Part shown: in pieces, positions 39,041-49,291 of the stretch
How the letters are laid out: the number at the start of each line of letters is the position of its first letter
Numbering within the stretch: the first letter of the stretch is position 1
Assembly: GCA_016214905.1 (NCBI GenBank)
Contig: JACRMQ010000006.1
Span: forward strand, 321,008 to 385,007
Direction of reading: 5' to 3'
DNA length: 64,000 nt
Origin: Ignavibacteriales bacterium
GTDB taxonomy: Bacteria > Bacteroidota > Ignavibacteria > UBA10030 > SZUA-254
Made by a program: the position numbers and the translations under genes
Notes under the pieces: model-generated
The model's database searches: none
What the model was told of the DNA's origin: nothing
Seen by the model: only the letters and a program-made list of their open reading frames with translations

Positions 39041-40240
39041 TTATTCCAACCATGAAATAATCTCAAACGATCCTGTCATCGGGTAACTTGGCGGAGAGTT
39101 AACTAATAATCGGTTATCGTATTTATAATTTTTCTGAAATCCATGATTGATTGTTGTGCCGCTGTAAGTCCCCACCGGTCCACGTTGATATTGCGTTACC
39201 CCGCCATAAAGGTACAAAGTTCCACTAACAGGTCGAGTGTTATAGTTCTCTGCCGTCAAACCGCCTTTCAAACAAAAAATTGCTGCATCAATCCTACAAT
39301 CGCTGTTATTGGCAGCATTATCTGTTACAAATACGTTATTTTCACTGACGAGTCCCAACATATCATCAGATGCACCTGCTCTTGGATCTGCTTTACAGCG
39401 GACATCGTTATCAATATAAATATTCCCAAATCCCAATCCAGAACTAGCCGTAGCACAGACTGTTGCTCTACCGTCGATAGTACCTTGAACGTGAATATTT
39501 CCTTTCGCTGCTAATATAACACCATTCGGGGCAAATGAAGACAACGGCTCGGTAGTTACCGTACCGGTAGCAGATGTTTTCCATTTAACGTTTCCATCTT
39601 CAAATGTCAGCCATAAATCACCGGTTGCAAAAACCCGGCCTCCTGCTGTTGCAGCCGCCACTACGCCATTAATATTCGCGGGCAGGTCTAAATCAACCCC
39701 TTTCTGATAACCACCATAAAATTTTGCTTTACTCTTTGTGGGATTTGTTCCTAACCGAGTTGTAACTTTCCCATAGAAAACAGGAGAATTAGGTGTGGGA
39801 ATATTTAATTTGGCTTGTGAATGGAGGGGTCCCCAAACTGTATCCTTAGATATCCAATCGATTGCACCTTCGATTTTAGAATAATAAGCGAATTTAGAAT
39901 ATGAGCTCGGTTGAAGCAAAACTCTCACCGTCTCGGCTGAATCGGTGTACGTTCCGATTGCTTCAATTTTTTTCATCTTTGTAAGTGTATCGCGTACGGT
40001 AACACTGAATTTACCCCCTGAGAAAGAAATATTTGAATACCCCGCTCTCCATGAGGTGTCTATGAATAATTTATTTGCAGCGATATTCGCGGCACTCGTA
40101 GCAATGTTATGAGCTTGAGATTTTTTTTGATAACTGAGATAGTTTTCCACCGCACGGTTTGCCTGCCGATGTAAGTTAGGTGTCACAATTCCAAGTATTA
40201 AACTGAAACCTAACACGAGTAATATAGATGCTCTGCCCAT
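39041..40240 (-). CDS. PilX-like / DUF4900-like minor pilin-associated protein
   Basis: MGRASILLVL hydrophobic N-terminus, QAHNIATSA helix, C-terminal GGVTQYQRGPVG...KNYKYDNRL...PPSYP. Confidence 0.6.
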   Translation of the reverse strand: MGRASILLVLGFSLILGIVTPNLHRQANRAVENYLSYQKKSQAHNIATSAANIAANKLFIDTSWRAGYSNISFSGGKFSVTVRDTLTKMKKIEAIGTYTDSAETVRVLLQPSSYSKFAYYSKIEGAIDWISKDTVWGPLHSQAKLNIPTPNSPVFYGKVTTRLGTNPTKSKAKFYGGYQKGVDLDLPANINGVVAAATAGGRVFATGDLWLTFEDGNVKWKTSATGTVTTEPLSSFAPNGVILAAKGNIHVQGTIDGRATVCATASSGLGFGNIYIDNDVRCKADPRAGASDDMLGLVSENNVFVTDNAANNSDCRIDAAIFCLKGGLTAENYNTRPVSGTLYLYGGVTQYQRGPVGTYSGTTINHGFQKNYKYDNRLLVNSPPSYPMTGSFEIISWLE

Positions 40241-40251
40241 ATAAATTTTCC

Positions 40252-40851
40252 TTATCTGTTTTTAAGATTTCTTGCTGCAAGACGCAACTGCCGCCAGAAC
40301 GCAAATGAATATGTAGTATCGTACGCGTAAGGACTTTCCAGCAATACGGAAAGTTGAATCTCATAGATTGCATTCGGATTACTAATCGGAAAAGGCAATG
40401 AATCACCCTGTGCATCGAAGTAAACGAAATCGAATTTTGTGACGCCCAAACTTATACCGCTTCCTCTTCGATTATTGATGTCGCGGAATAGATACATGTC
40501 TCTGGGATTCGGAGTACCGGTTAACCCTGATATCGTCCCGATTGAATATTCCAGAGTGTCAACATTTCCGACATTCAATAAATCGGTTTGAAATTTAATA
40601 TTATGCCTGCCCGCACCAAGAATTGCTTTGGATGGATCAGGAACTTTAGTGTATTCCCTGCAGTATCCTATTCTTCTAAAATCATCTTCAATCATGCGTA
40701 CTAGTGATACTAAATTTTCCTGGACAGTGAGATCGTTCGTGGTGGTATAATTGGAGTAAACTAACGAACTGTTCATGTGTATTACCATCAACAGCAGAAA
40801 TCCGGCGATGATGATGGATGATAATATGTCTAATATCGTACTTGAACCCAT
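40252..40851 (-). CDS. PilW-like minor pilin-like protein
   Basis: AGGAG RBS before ATG 40851; N-terminal TM helix; IEDDFRRIGY motif; C-terminal ARNL. Confidence 0.55.
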   Translation of the reverse strand: MGSSTILDILSSIIIAGFLLLMVIHMNSSLVYSNYTTTNDLTVQENLVSLVRMIEDDFRRIGYCREYTKVPDPSKAILGAGRHNIKFQTDLLNVGNVDTLEYSIGTISGLTGTPNPRDMYLFRDINNRRGSGISLGVTKFDFVYFDAQGDSLPFPISNPNAIYEIQLSVLLESPYAYDTTYSFAFWRQLRLAARNLKNR

Positions 40852-40862
40852 AACTTTGCTCC

Positions 40863-41363
40863 TTACCTGAAATACCAATAACTGAAGATATATTCGGCGC
40901 TCACTGTATCTTTCATTTGCGGACTCGTCACCTGAACGCTTAGTTTTTTATGCCATGTAGGAGATGCTTGCGCAACATTTGGATTCAACGGATCGATATA
41001 AAATACACGGCAAGATATGTTGAACATTCCACTTAAAGTGTCTGGAGTAACTGTTCTTCGTAGATTGTTGAAGTCATCAAAGTCATTCAATGAATCCGGA
41101 TAATATTCACCGGTCTCAAGTCCTAATTGCGCTACAGGAGTTAGCTGAGAGGTCGCAGTAGCAATATCTTCATCTGTATTTTTATCGAATGATTTTCCCT
41201 GCGCCTCTTCAACAAGTGAGGAAGCGATTGATATCGCTGTTACACCTAATTTTGCCTGAATAACAATCTCATTGCTGTTCCCTAAGCTGCGGTTCATGGA
41301 AACTACAACAGTTCCAAGAAGCGCTAAGGCAAACAAAGCAAATATTGTTTGTCCGGTGTTCAT
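40863..41363 (-). CDS. PilV/MshD-like minor pilin-like protein
   Basis: N-terminal TM helix; LVEEAQGKSFD and LNDFDDFN motifs resembling MshD; KKLSVQVT. Confidence 0.55.
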   Translation of the reverse strand: MNTGQTIFALFALALLGTVVVSMNRSLGNSNEIVIQAKLGVTAISIASSLVEEAQGKSFDKNTDEDIATATSQLTPVAQLGLETGEYYPDSLNDFDDFNNLRRTVTPDTLSGMFNISCRVFYIDPLNPNVAQASPTWHKKLSVQVTSPQMKDTVSAEYIFSYWYFR

Positions 41364-42008
41364 ATTAACCCCTTAATAAGTTTTCTGCAATTATTTTTTA
41401 ATCAACGGATGTGATTGAGGCCAGATCTGATGCAATTCCGGCATTAAAATGTACCTTTGCCGGATTTGCCGCTTCTGTTAATCAGACTGCAAGATATTTT
41501 AATCCGATTTGCCGGCGTTCTAATTCCTACCGATTAATCAGGACCAATATTTTCATTTGGTAAAATAATCAATGCACATGCTGGCATATCACTAAATCAC
41601 ATGGACATGATAAAATAAATTACGAGAAGACGCAATAGTAAGAGTGAGAACAATCACTTCCGGATAGAGGAAATAACTCCAAACAGTCGGATTATCAAAA
41701 AAGATGAATTCTTGCAAAGATGTTAAAAAATTAGTAACTTTAAAAAACAAATACCGAATAATTTCAAAATTTCGGATAATACATAGATAAATTAAATTTA
41801 AAATCATTCGCAACAAGTCACTGGTTAACGATGTCGAGCGTCTTTTTATTACGAGTTTTCATTTTAAGCACAAACCGTTTCCTCGCTTCGTTCCACGACT
41901 TCGCCGCGGCACTGATCCGTGTGCGTAGTTGCATATTCAATAATTATTCAGACCCTAATGGGCTGGTAGCAGAAAATATTATGTCTATAAGTGGGTCGGA
42001 GGAACAAA

Positions 42009-43652
42009 GTGTCAAACGTAAGAAAAGAAATTATAATCAACGCAACTGCGAACGAGATTCGCATTGCTATCACCGAGGATAAGCGTTTAGCAGAACTCTT
42101 CGTTGAAACTCCTGAAAAGGAGCGTATGGTAGGCGATATATATTTAGGCCGTGTGGCTAAGGTAATGCCTGGCATCCGTGCTGCATTTATTGATCTTGGA
42201 TTAAAGCAAGATGCCTTTCTACATTTTTCAGATATTGGAAGTTCGTTCTCTGAATATTCATCGTTAGTGGGCGATGAAGATTCCGATGTGGATGTTGATG
42301 AAGATGGAGACGATACCGAAAATCCTTTAAGCGAAAACGGTTCGACTCCAACAACGGAACTTAAAAACCAACCACAATCGCAACAGCGACAACGACCCCA
42401 AAGGAACGATAATTATCAAAAATCTTTACCGGACATCAAGCGCGGTCAGGATATATTAGTACAAGTTACAAAAGAACCGGTTGGTCGCAAGGGTGTTAGA
42501 GTAACATCGGAAGTCTCCATACCCGGCAGATTTTTAGTGCTATTGCCTTTCGATGGGAAGATTGGTGTTTCAAAACGGATGCAGAGCTTCAAGGAAAAAC
42601 GCCGGTTGCGCAGAATCGTTCGCAATTTTCTCCCTGAAGGATTTGGTGCGATCATCCGTACTGTTGCTATGGATCAGGATGAAGCGGCATTAAAAGCGGA
42701 TATGGATAATCTTCTTTCAACATGGAGGGAGATAGAGAAAAGCGTTAAATCGGAGGAACCGCCTTCACTTCTTTACAAAGACATGGCAACGACTTCCAGT
42801 GTTATCCGTGATTTATTTTCTGAATCTGTTGACCGGATAGTAATAGATTCGAAAAAATTGTATAAAGAAATCCGCGCGTACGTTAAAACAGTCTCTCCGG
42901 ATTGGATCGATAAGATTGAGTTATACAAAGACAAAGAGCCGATCTTCGATGTTTATGGAATAGAAAAAGAAATCGCAACCGTGCTAAGTAGAAAAGTATG
43001 GTTGAAGAGCGGTGGATATATAATTATCGAACAAACCGAGGCGATGGTTGTTGTCGACGTGAATAGCGGTCGTTACGCGGCGAAACGCGAACAAGAATTG
43101 AATTCACTCCGTACTAATCTCGAATCGGCAAGGGAGATATGCCGTCAGCTTAGATTGAGAGATCTTGGGGGAATTATCGTAATCGATTTCATCGATCTGG
43201 ATGATGAGAAGAATCGAAAAAAAGTATACGATGAATTGCGTAAAGAATTTAAACGCGATCGTGCAAAAGTTACCGTCTTGCCGATGACTGAAATCGGATT
43301 AGTTCAAATCACCCGGCAAAGGATCCGACAAAATATCCTCCATAGTTTCAGCGAACCCTGCCCTGTTTGCGGCGGCGGCGGTCTAATTGAATCTAAATCG
43401 AGCATTGTAAATCATATCGAGAGATGGGTACGCAGATTCAAATCAGAATCGCGTGAATACCGACTTAGACTCGCGGTACACCCAACAGTCGCTCAATACC
43501 TGAGAGAAGGCACAATAAGTAGGATTACGAAGATGAAATTCAAATATTTTGTTTCAATCAAACTTACAGAAGACACATCAACTCAGGCATCAGAGTTCCA
43601 TTTCTTTTCCCTAAAGCAAAATAAAGATATTACTGAGCAATTTATTTCATGA
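42009..43652 (+). CDS. rng: Rne/Rng family ribonuclease
   Basis: GGAGG then GTG at 42009; VGDIYLGRV...AAFID S1 domain, QVTKEP, IDFID, VDVNSG, Zn-link CPVCGGGG. No long C-terminal scaffold. Confidence 0.9.
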   Translation: MSNVRKEIIINATANEIRIAITEDKRLAELFVETPEKERMVGDIYLGRVAKVMPGIRAAFIDLGLKQDAFLHFSDIGSSFSEYSSLVGDEDSDVDVDEDGDDTENPLSENGSTPTTELKNQPQSQQRQRPQRNDNYQKSLPDIKRGQDILVQVTKEPVGRKGVRVTSEVSIPGRFLVLLPFDGKIGVSKRMQSFKEKRRLRRIVRNFLPEGFGAIIRTVAMDQDEAALKADMDNLLSTWREIEKSVKSEEPPSLLYKDMATTSSVIRDLFSESVDRIVIDSKKLYKEIRAYVKTVSPDWIDKIELYKDKEPIFDVYGIEKEIATVLSRKVWLKSGGYIIIEQTEAMVVVDVNSGRYAAKREQELNSLRTNLESAREICRQLRLRDLGGIIVIDFIDLDDEKNRKKVYDELRKEFKRDRAKVTVLPMTEIGLVQITRQRIRQNILHSFSEPCPVCGGGGLIESKSSIVNHIERWVRRFKSESREYRLRLAVHPTVAQYLREGTISRITKMKFKYFVSIKLTEDTSTQASEFHFFSLKQNKDITEQFIS

Positions 43653-43671
43653 TTATTAAAGGATATTTTTA

Positions 43672-44316
43672 ATGAAGATATTTATTGACACAGCAAACAT
43701 TAATGAAATCAAAGAAGCAGCAAGTATGGGATTGTTGGATGGTGTAACCACTAATCCGAGTCTCGTGGCAAAAGAAGGTAAAAAATTTGAAATACTAATC
43801 AAAGAAATTTGTTCAATAGTCGATGGTGATATAAGCGCCGAAGTAATATCAACCGATTACGACGGAATGCTGCGTGAAGGTCGTGAGCTTGCAAAACTCG
43901 ACGATAAAATAGTTGTGAAAATTCCGCTTATCAAGGAAGGTCTGAAAGCAGTTAAAAGTTTGAAAGCCGAAGGCATCCGCACGAATGTAACGTTATGCTT
44001 CTCTCCAAATCAGGCGCTTCTTGCTGCAAAAGCAGGCGCATACATCCTTAGTCCGTTCGTTGGACGTTTAGATGATATCAGCACTAACGGAATGGAATTG
44101 ATATCTCAGATTTTAACTATCTATCGGAATTATGGATTTGATACACAAGTTTTAGTCGCGAGTATCCGTCATCCGTTGCACGTTGTTGAATCTGCCTTGA
44201 TGGGTGCCGATATTGCAACAATTCCTTTTAACGTATTCACCCAGCTTATCAAACATCCTCTGACAGACATCGGATTAGAAAAATTTCTTTCAGATTGGAA
44301 GAAGGTGCCGAGGTAA
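43672..44316 (+). CDS. tal: Transaldolase (small, FSA-like family)
   Basis: [23 protein letters not shown] and SPFVGR carry the Glu/Phe pair of transaldolase rather than the Gln/Tyr pair of FSA. Confidence 0.9.
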   Translation: MKIFIDTANINEIKEAASMGLLDGVTTNPSLVAKEGKKFEILIKEICSIVDGDISAEVISTDYDGMLREGRELAKLDDKIVVKIPLIKEGLKAVKSLKAEGIRTNVTLCFSPNQALLAAKAGAYILSPFVGRLDDISTNGMELISQILTIYRNYGFDTQVLVASIRHPLHVVESALMGADIATIPFNVFTQLIKHPLTDIGLEKFLSDWKKVPR

Positions 44317-44318
44317 TT

Positions 44319-45407
44319 ATGAAACCAACAGCATTTAATTCGATTCACAAAAAATTGGGAGCTAAGTTAGTGGAATTCGCCGGATTCGAAATGCCTGTTC
44401 AGTACACAGGAATTATAGACGAGCATCGTGCGGTTCGCACATCGGTGGGCATTTTCGATGTATCGCACATGGGCGAATTTAAAATCAGCGGTCCGGATGC
44501 TCTGGCGCTTGTCCAAAAAGTCACGACAAACGATGCCTCAAAATTGACCGATGGCAAAGTGCAATATTCCGCGATGTGTTATCAGGATGGCGGCATCGTT
44601 GACGATCTGCTTGTGTACAGAATGAAGGATCATTTCATGTTCGTTGTAAACGCAGCGAACCTTCAAAAAGATTTTAACTGGATAAAATCCAATATCGATA
44701 GTTTCAACGTGCAACTTGAGGATCAAAGTGATGGAATTTCGCTTCTGGCTATTCAAGGCCCTAAGTCGCTTGCTACCCTGCAAAAGTTAACAGGAACCAA
44801 CCTAGCGGCTATGCCGTATTATTCGTTCGTGTATGGTGAACTGGCAGGTATCGATATGATTATTTCGAGAACCGGTTACACAGGAGAATTGGGTTTTGAA
44901 TTATATTTTGATTCGTCCATCGCTGTCTCGGAACGCATTTGGAATTCGATCATGGAAGCCGGGAAAGAATTCGGTATCAAACCGATCGGTTTGGGTGCGC
45001 GTGATACACTTCGACTTGAAATGGGATTTTGTCTCTACGGCAACGATATTGATCAGACCACCAATCCGCTTGAAGCAGGTCTCGGATGGATAACGAAACT
45101 TGATAAAAATAATTTTAATAGCCGTGATGTGCTGTTAGAAGTAAAGAAAAATGGTACCAACCGAAAACTTGTCGGATTTGTGATCGAAGATGATCGTGCT
45201 TTTCCGCGTCACGGATATGAAATATTGAGCAACGGCAAAAAGATCGGCACAGTTACAAGCGGAACAGTTTCGCCAATTCTTAGTAATGCAATAGGTATGG
45301 GATATGTTTCGATGGAGTTCAGTCAACCCGGATCTGTTTTAAATATTATGATTCGAAATAAAGAGGTTAACGCAAAAGTTGTAAAGATTCCTTTCATACA
45401 AAGATGA
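44319..45407 (+). CDS. gcvT: Glycine cleavage system aminomethyltransferase T
   Basis: FAGFEMPVQY, FDVSHMGE, SRTGYTGELGFE, GLGARDTLRLE. Confidence 0.97.
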   Translation: MKPTAFNSIHKKLGAKLVEFAGFEMPVQYTGIIDEHRAVRTSVGIFDVSHMGEFKISGPDALALVQKVTTNDASKLTDGKVQYSAMCYQDGGIVDDLLVYRMKDHFMFVVNAANLQKDFNWIKSNIDSFNVQLEDQSDGISLLAIQGPKSLATLQKLTGTNLAAMPYYSFVYGELAGIDMIISRTGYTGELGFELYFDSSIAVSERIWNSIMEAGKEFGIKPIGLGARDTLRLEMGFCLYGNDIDQTTNPLEAGLGWITKLDKNNFNSRDVLLEVKKNGTNRKLVGFVIEDDRAFPRHGYEILSNGKKIGTVTSGTVSPILSNAIGMGYVSMEFSQPGSVLNIMIRNKEVNAKVVKIPFIQR

Positions 45408-46165
45408 AGACAAACCTGATAAATAAAAAAATTTCGATTACAGTCCATCTCACACCCGGTAATATTGATGAGATGGAGTTGAAAGACAAGAATTTAATTG
45501 TAATAGATGTGTTGCGTGCTAGTACAACAATTGCAACGGCACTGAAAAACGGCGCTAAAGAGATTATGCCCGTTGGTACTATTGAAAACGCGGTGAAAAT
45601 TTCCGGCAGTTTGTTCGGTGGCGTAACGCTGCGTGCCGGCGAGCGGAATTCAAAAATTATCGAAGGATTCAACCTCGGAAATTCCCCGAAAGAATTCACT
45701 GAAGATGTTGTGAAAGGGAAATCAATAATTTTCTTCACCACGAACGGAACCACTGCGATAGGAAAAGGTAAACACGCGAAGAACTTAGTAGTTGCAAGTT
45801 TTGTAAACCTTTCGAAAGTTGTACAATATTTCCTCCGCCTGCAGGAGGATATAGTTATTCTCTGTGCGGCAAATGAAAATGTTTTTTGCGTCGAAGATGC
45901 CGTATGTGCCGGCAGAATAATAAACAAGATGGCCGATTCTGCAGGTATCGAATTAGTCCTTGATGACGCAGGAGTTGCTTGCGCCATGCTCGATAAAAGT
46001 TTCGGTAAAAGCTTGTTGAAAATGCTTAAGAGCACGGAACACGGAAAATATCTCACCGAAATTGGCTTTGCCGATGATCTTAAAATATGTGCCTCATTGG
46101 ATTCTGTTGAGGTTATTCCGATGCTGGTCGGTAACGTTATCAAACTTCCAAAAGATATAAGCTGA
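45404..46165 (+). CDS. comB: 2-phosphosulfolactate phosphatase family protein
   Basis: VIDVLRASTTI, AGER, FNLGNSP, TTNGT, EDAVCAG. Confidence 0.9.
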   Translation: MKTNLINKKISITVHLTPGNIDEMELKDKNLIVIDVLRASTTIATALKNGAKEIMPVGTIENAVKISGSLFGGVTLRAGERNSKIIEGFNLGNSPKEFTEDVVKGKSIIFFTTNGTTAIGKGKHAKNLVVASFVNLSKVVQYFLRLQEDIVILCAANENVFCVEDAVCAGRIINKMADSAGIELVLDDAGVACAMLDKSFGKSLLKMLKSTEHGKYLTEIGFADDLKICASLDSVEVIPMLVGNVIKLPKDIS

Positions 46166-46199
46166 ACAATTTTAAATCATCCGAAAATCTGATGAAAGA

Positions 46200-48614
46200 G
46201 TGTTGATGGCTGACCGTGTAAAACAAAACTCGACAGGGATTTCTAAGAAATCCCAGAAGAAACGAACGGCAGACAGGCGCAAACACATTTTCGCGATCAT
46301 CGGGATGATGATCGGTGTACTTATATTTTTAAGTATACTCGGTTATTCATTCTCCGATGAAGCTATCCTCGATGAGCTTTCCTTCACCGATATATTTCGC
46401 TTACCATTCAATTCCTCGGTAAAAGCATTAGCATCCGGTATCAGGAATTGGTTAGGATTATTCGGCGCTTTTACAGCAGATTATTTCATCAATTCTACTG
46501 TAGGTTTTGTATCAATCTTATTCCCGCTATTGATTGTTATTTGGTGTTGGGTATTCCTTCGAGCAGCGGAATCTAAGAAACTACTGACCTTGACGAATTA
46601 TCTTTTTCTCTTTTCACTTTTATTTTCCACAACATTCGGAATTACGAATTTGGTGATCATCGATTTGCCAAAAGAATGGAGCGGCATAGTAGGTGCGTAT
46701 CTTGCGGATATTTTTGTGAAATTATTGGGAAGAGTCGGTGCTCCTATTGTGGTTGTTACCGCATTTTTTATCACAATCGTTCTTGCAATCGATCTCGATA
46801 TTCATAAATCTATCGAAAGAATAAAAGTATTGTGGCTGGCTCTCTTCAATCGGAAGGCAAGCGACGGCTCGTTGCCGATACCGTCGGAAGCTGAAACTGA
46901 AGTTTCGATCAACAAAAACGAGGAAGAGTTTACTACGGAAATTATCCCACAGGAAGAGGATGAATTAGATAAGATAGTTTCGGAGGAGGAAGAAGAGATT
47001 GAAACGGAACAGGAGTTGGAAGAAGAGCAAGATGAACCGCCGATGAAAATCGTTGAAATGGATGATGAACCGGATGCGGAAATTGAATCTGAGGAAGTTA
47101 AAATTCCTGAAGCGGTAGAGGATGAAGAAATCGATTATGTTTTTCCTTCAATTGAATTGCTCGATGCTCATCGTCAGGGAGATATTATTCCTGAGGAAGA
47201 ATTAAAAGCGAACGCTGAATTGGTGCGGGCGAAGTTGGCTAATTTCGGGATTGAAATAGAGAGTGTTAGTGTTACACCCGGACCCGTGGTAACATTGTAT
47301 GAGCTTGTTCCTGCATCCACAGTGAAAATTAGCCGTATCGTAAATTTATCGGATGACCTTGCGCTTGCGTTGGCTGCTAAAGGGATTCGAATTATGGCGC
47401 CAATTCCGGGTAAAAGTGCCGTAGGTGTCGAGATACCAAATAAAAATCCGTCACTCGTTTCTTTGCGATCTGTCTTGAACTCGACGAAGTTCCGGGAGAT
47501 GAAAGCAAATCTACCCATCGCGCTCGGGAAAACAATTTCGGGTGATGTTTATTCGGACGATTTATCTAAGATGCCTCACTTGTTGATAGCCGGCTCAACC
47601 GGTTCAGGGAAAAGTGTGGGGATCAATACATTCCTCGCGAGTCTTTTGTTCCGTCTACATCCTTCCGATGTAAAGTTCGTAATCATCGATCCTAAAAAGA
47701 TCGAGTTGACACCATACAAAAAATTGAAGAATCATTTCCTCGCGGTCTCACCCGATATCGATGAAGATATAATCACCACACCCGAAAACGCGGTTTTCGT
47801 TTTACGCAGCGTGGAACTGGAGATGGAAAAACGTTACGATCGATTGGCAGCCGCCGGCGTGAGAAATATTCAAGATTATAACGAACGGTTGAAAGCAGGG
47901 AGATTAAAAAACACCGAGACAATCGTTCATCGTAAAATGCCTTATCTGGTGGTGGTAATTGATGAACTTGCCGATCTCATGATGACCGCCGCACGCGAAG
48001 TGGAAGAACCGATTGCGCGCTTGGCGCAAATGGCAAGAGCGGTCGGAGTGCATTTATTATTCGCAACACAGCGCCCGTCGGTGGATGTTATCACCGGCGT
48101 GATCAAGGCAAATTTCCCCGCGCGTATCGCTTATCAGGTTGCGACGAAAACTGATTCCCGCACTATTCTTGATATGAACGGTGCCGAACAACTTTTAGGC
48201 AGCGGTGATATGATATATATGCCGGCTGGAGGTCAAAAACCATCGCGTATTCAGAATGCTTATGTTTCAACCGATGAAGTTGAACGATTGACCGAACATG
48301 TTGGGCGCCAAAAAGGTTATAGCAAACCATTCCAGCTCCCATCAACTCTCGAGCGTAAAAAATCCGGTGCACGTGGTATGTCGGATAGCCGTGATGAATA
48401 TTTTGAAGAAGCAGCGCGTTTGATAGTCAGGCATCAGCAAGGTTCTGTATCATTGTTGCAGCGCCGGCTGAAAGTCGGATATTCACGAGCCGCCCGATTA
48501 GTTGACGAGCTTGAAGCGGCCGGTATCGTGGGACCGTTTGACGGCAGTAAAGCTCGAATGGTTCTTATTGAAGATGAACAGCAACTCGATAGACTTTTTA
48601 AGGATATTTTATAA
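46200..48614 (+). CDS. ftsK: DNA translocase FtsK
   Basis: N-terminal 4TM region, acidic linker, MPHLLIAGSTGSGKS, IDELADLM, ATQRPS, gamma domain SLLQRRLKVGYSRAAR. Confidence 0.97.
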   Translation: MLMADRVKQNSTGISKKSQKKRTADRRKHIFAIIGMMIGVLIFLSILGYSFSDEAILDELSFTDIFRLPFNSSVKALASGIRNWLGLFGAFTADYFINSTVGFVSILFPLLIVIWCWVFLRAAESKKLLTLTNYLFLFSLLFSTTFGITNLVIIDLPKEWSGIVGAYLADIFVKLLGRVGAPIVVVTAFFITIVLAIDLDIHKSIERIKVLWLALFNRKASDGSLPIPSEAETEVSINKNEEEFTTEIIPQEEDELDKIVSEEEEEIETEQELEEEQDEPPMKIVEMDDEPDAEIESEEVKIPEAVEDEEIDYVFPSIELLDAHRQGDIIPEEELKANAELVRAKLANFGIEIESVSVTPGPVVTLYELVPASTVKISRIVNLSDDLALALAAKGIRIMAPIPGKSAVGVEIPNKNPSLVSLRSVLNSTKFREMKANLPIALGKTISGDVYSDDLSKMPHLLIAGSTGSGKSVGINTFLASLLFRLHPSDVKFVIIDPKKIELTPYKKLKNHFLAVSPDIDEDIITTPENAVFVLRSVELEMEKRYDRLAAAGVRNIQDYNERLKAGRLKNTETIVHRKMPYLVVVIDELADLMMTAAREVEEPIARLAQMARAVGVHLLFATQRPSVDVITGVIKANFPARIAYQVATKTDSRTILDMNGAEQLLGSGDMIYMPAGGQKPSRIQNAYVSTDEVERLTEHVGRQKGYSKPFQLPSTLERKKSGARGMSDSRDEYFEEAARLIVRHQQGSVSLLQRRLKVGYSRAARLVDELEAAGIVGPFDGSKARMVLIEDEQQLDRLFKDIL

Positions 48615-49264
48615 TGAAACTTATCTATCTAAATAAAATATTTCGGATTGCAATTCTAACTTTAATTATCATCTCTAATCTGATGGCTGGAGATGATGCA
48701 GATAAGATTCTACGAAACATACAGAAGAAATACGAATCATGGAATGATGCCACAATTTCGTTTACACAACAAGTGTTATTCGCTGTAACTAAATCGGAGC
48801 AAACGTTTGATGGAAAACTTATTGTAAAAAAAGGGAATAAGTACAGAATTGACCTCGAACAACAATTGATAATCACCGATGGGAAAACCCTTTGGAACGT
48901 TAATAAGACTAACAAACAGGTAATGATCGATAATTACCGTGACGATCCGAAATCGATTACACCCGAAAAAATGTTGACCAATATACCGAAAAATTACAAC
49001 GCGACATTGTTGAATCGCGATGAGGAGGGGGGGGCGGATATTGCGGTTTTAAAATTACTTCCCAAAGAAGAAAGAAGTTCATTCCGTTCGATTAAAATGT
49101 GGGTAGACGAAGATAAGTCGGTATTAAAAAAAATCCAGATAATCGACGCGAGTAAAAACACGATAACTTACACAATCAATAATCTATTCATTAACTCCGG
49201 CTTAAAAGAAAATTCATTTTCATATCAACCACCTGACGGTTATGAAGTGATAGATTTACGGTGA
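48614..49264 (+). CDS. lolA: Outer-membrane lipoprotein carrier LolA
   Basis: Signal peptide, SFTQ, KGNKYRI, ITDGKTLW; directly follows ftsK. Confidence 0.85.
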   Translation: MKLIYLNKIFRIAILTLIIISNLMAGDDADKILRNIQKKYESWNDATISFTQQVLFAVTKSEQTFDGKLIVKKGNKYRIDLEQQLIITDGKTLWNVNKTNKQVMIDNYRDDPKSITPEKMLTNIPKNYNATLLNRDEEGGADIAVLKLLPKEERSSFRSIKMWVDEDKSVLKKIQIIDASKNTITYTINNLFINSGLKENSFSYQPPDGYEVIDLR

Positions 49265-49291
49265 ATGAACCTCCTATAGAAACAACATTTT

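Noticed and set aside
41400..41600. c-di-GMP-I riboswitch upstream of the pilin-like genes
   Set aside because: GGCAAA occurs on the minus strand, but the GNRA-tetraloop P2 and receptor architecture could not be built.
41592..42175. Short ORFs in the divergent intergenic region before rng
   Set aside because: AT-rich promoter or leader DNA, or antisense overlap; no RBS or motif support.
45394..46143. 249-aa minus-strand ORF
   Set aside because: Antisense shadow of the comB-family gene; no recognisable motifs.
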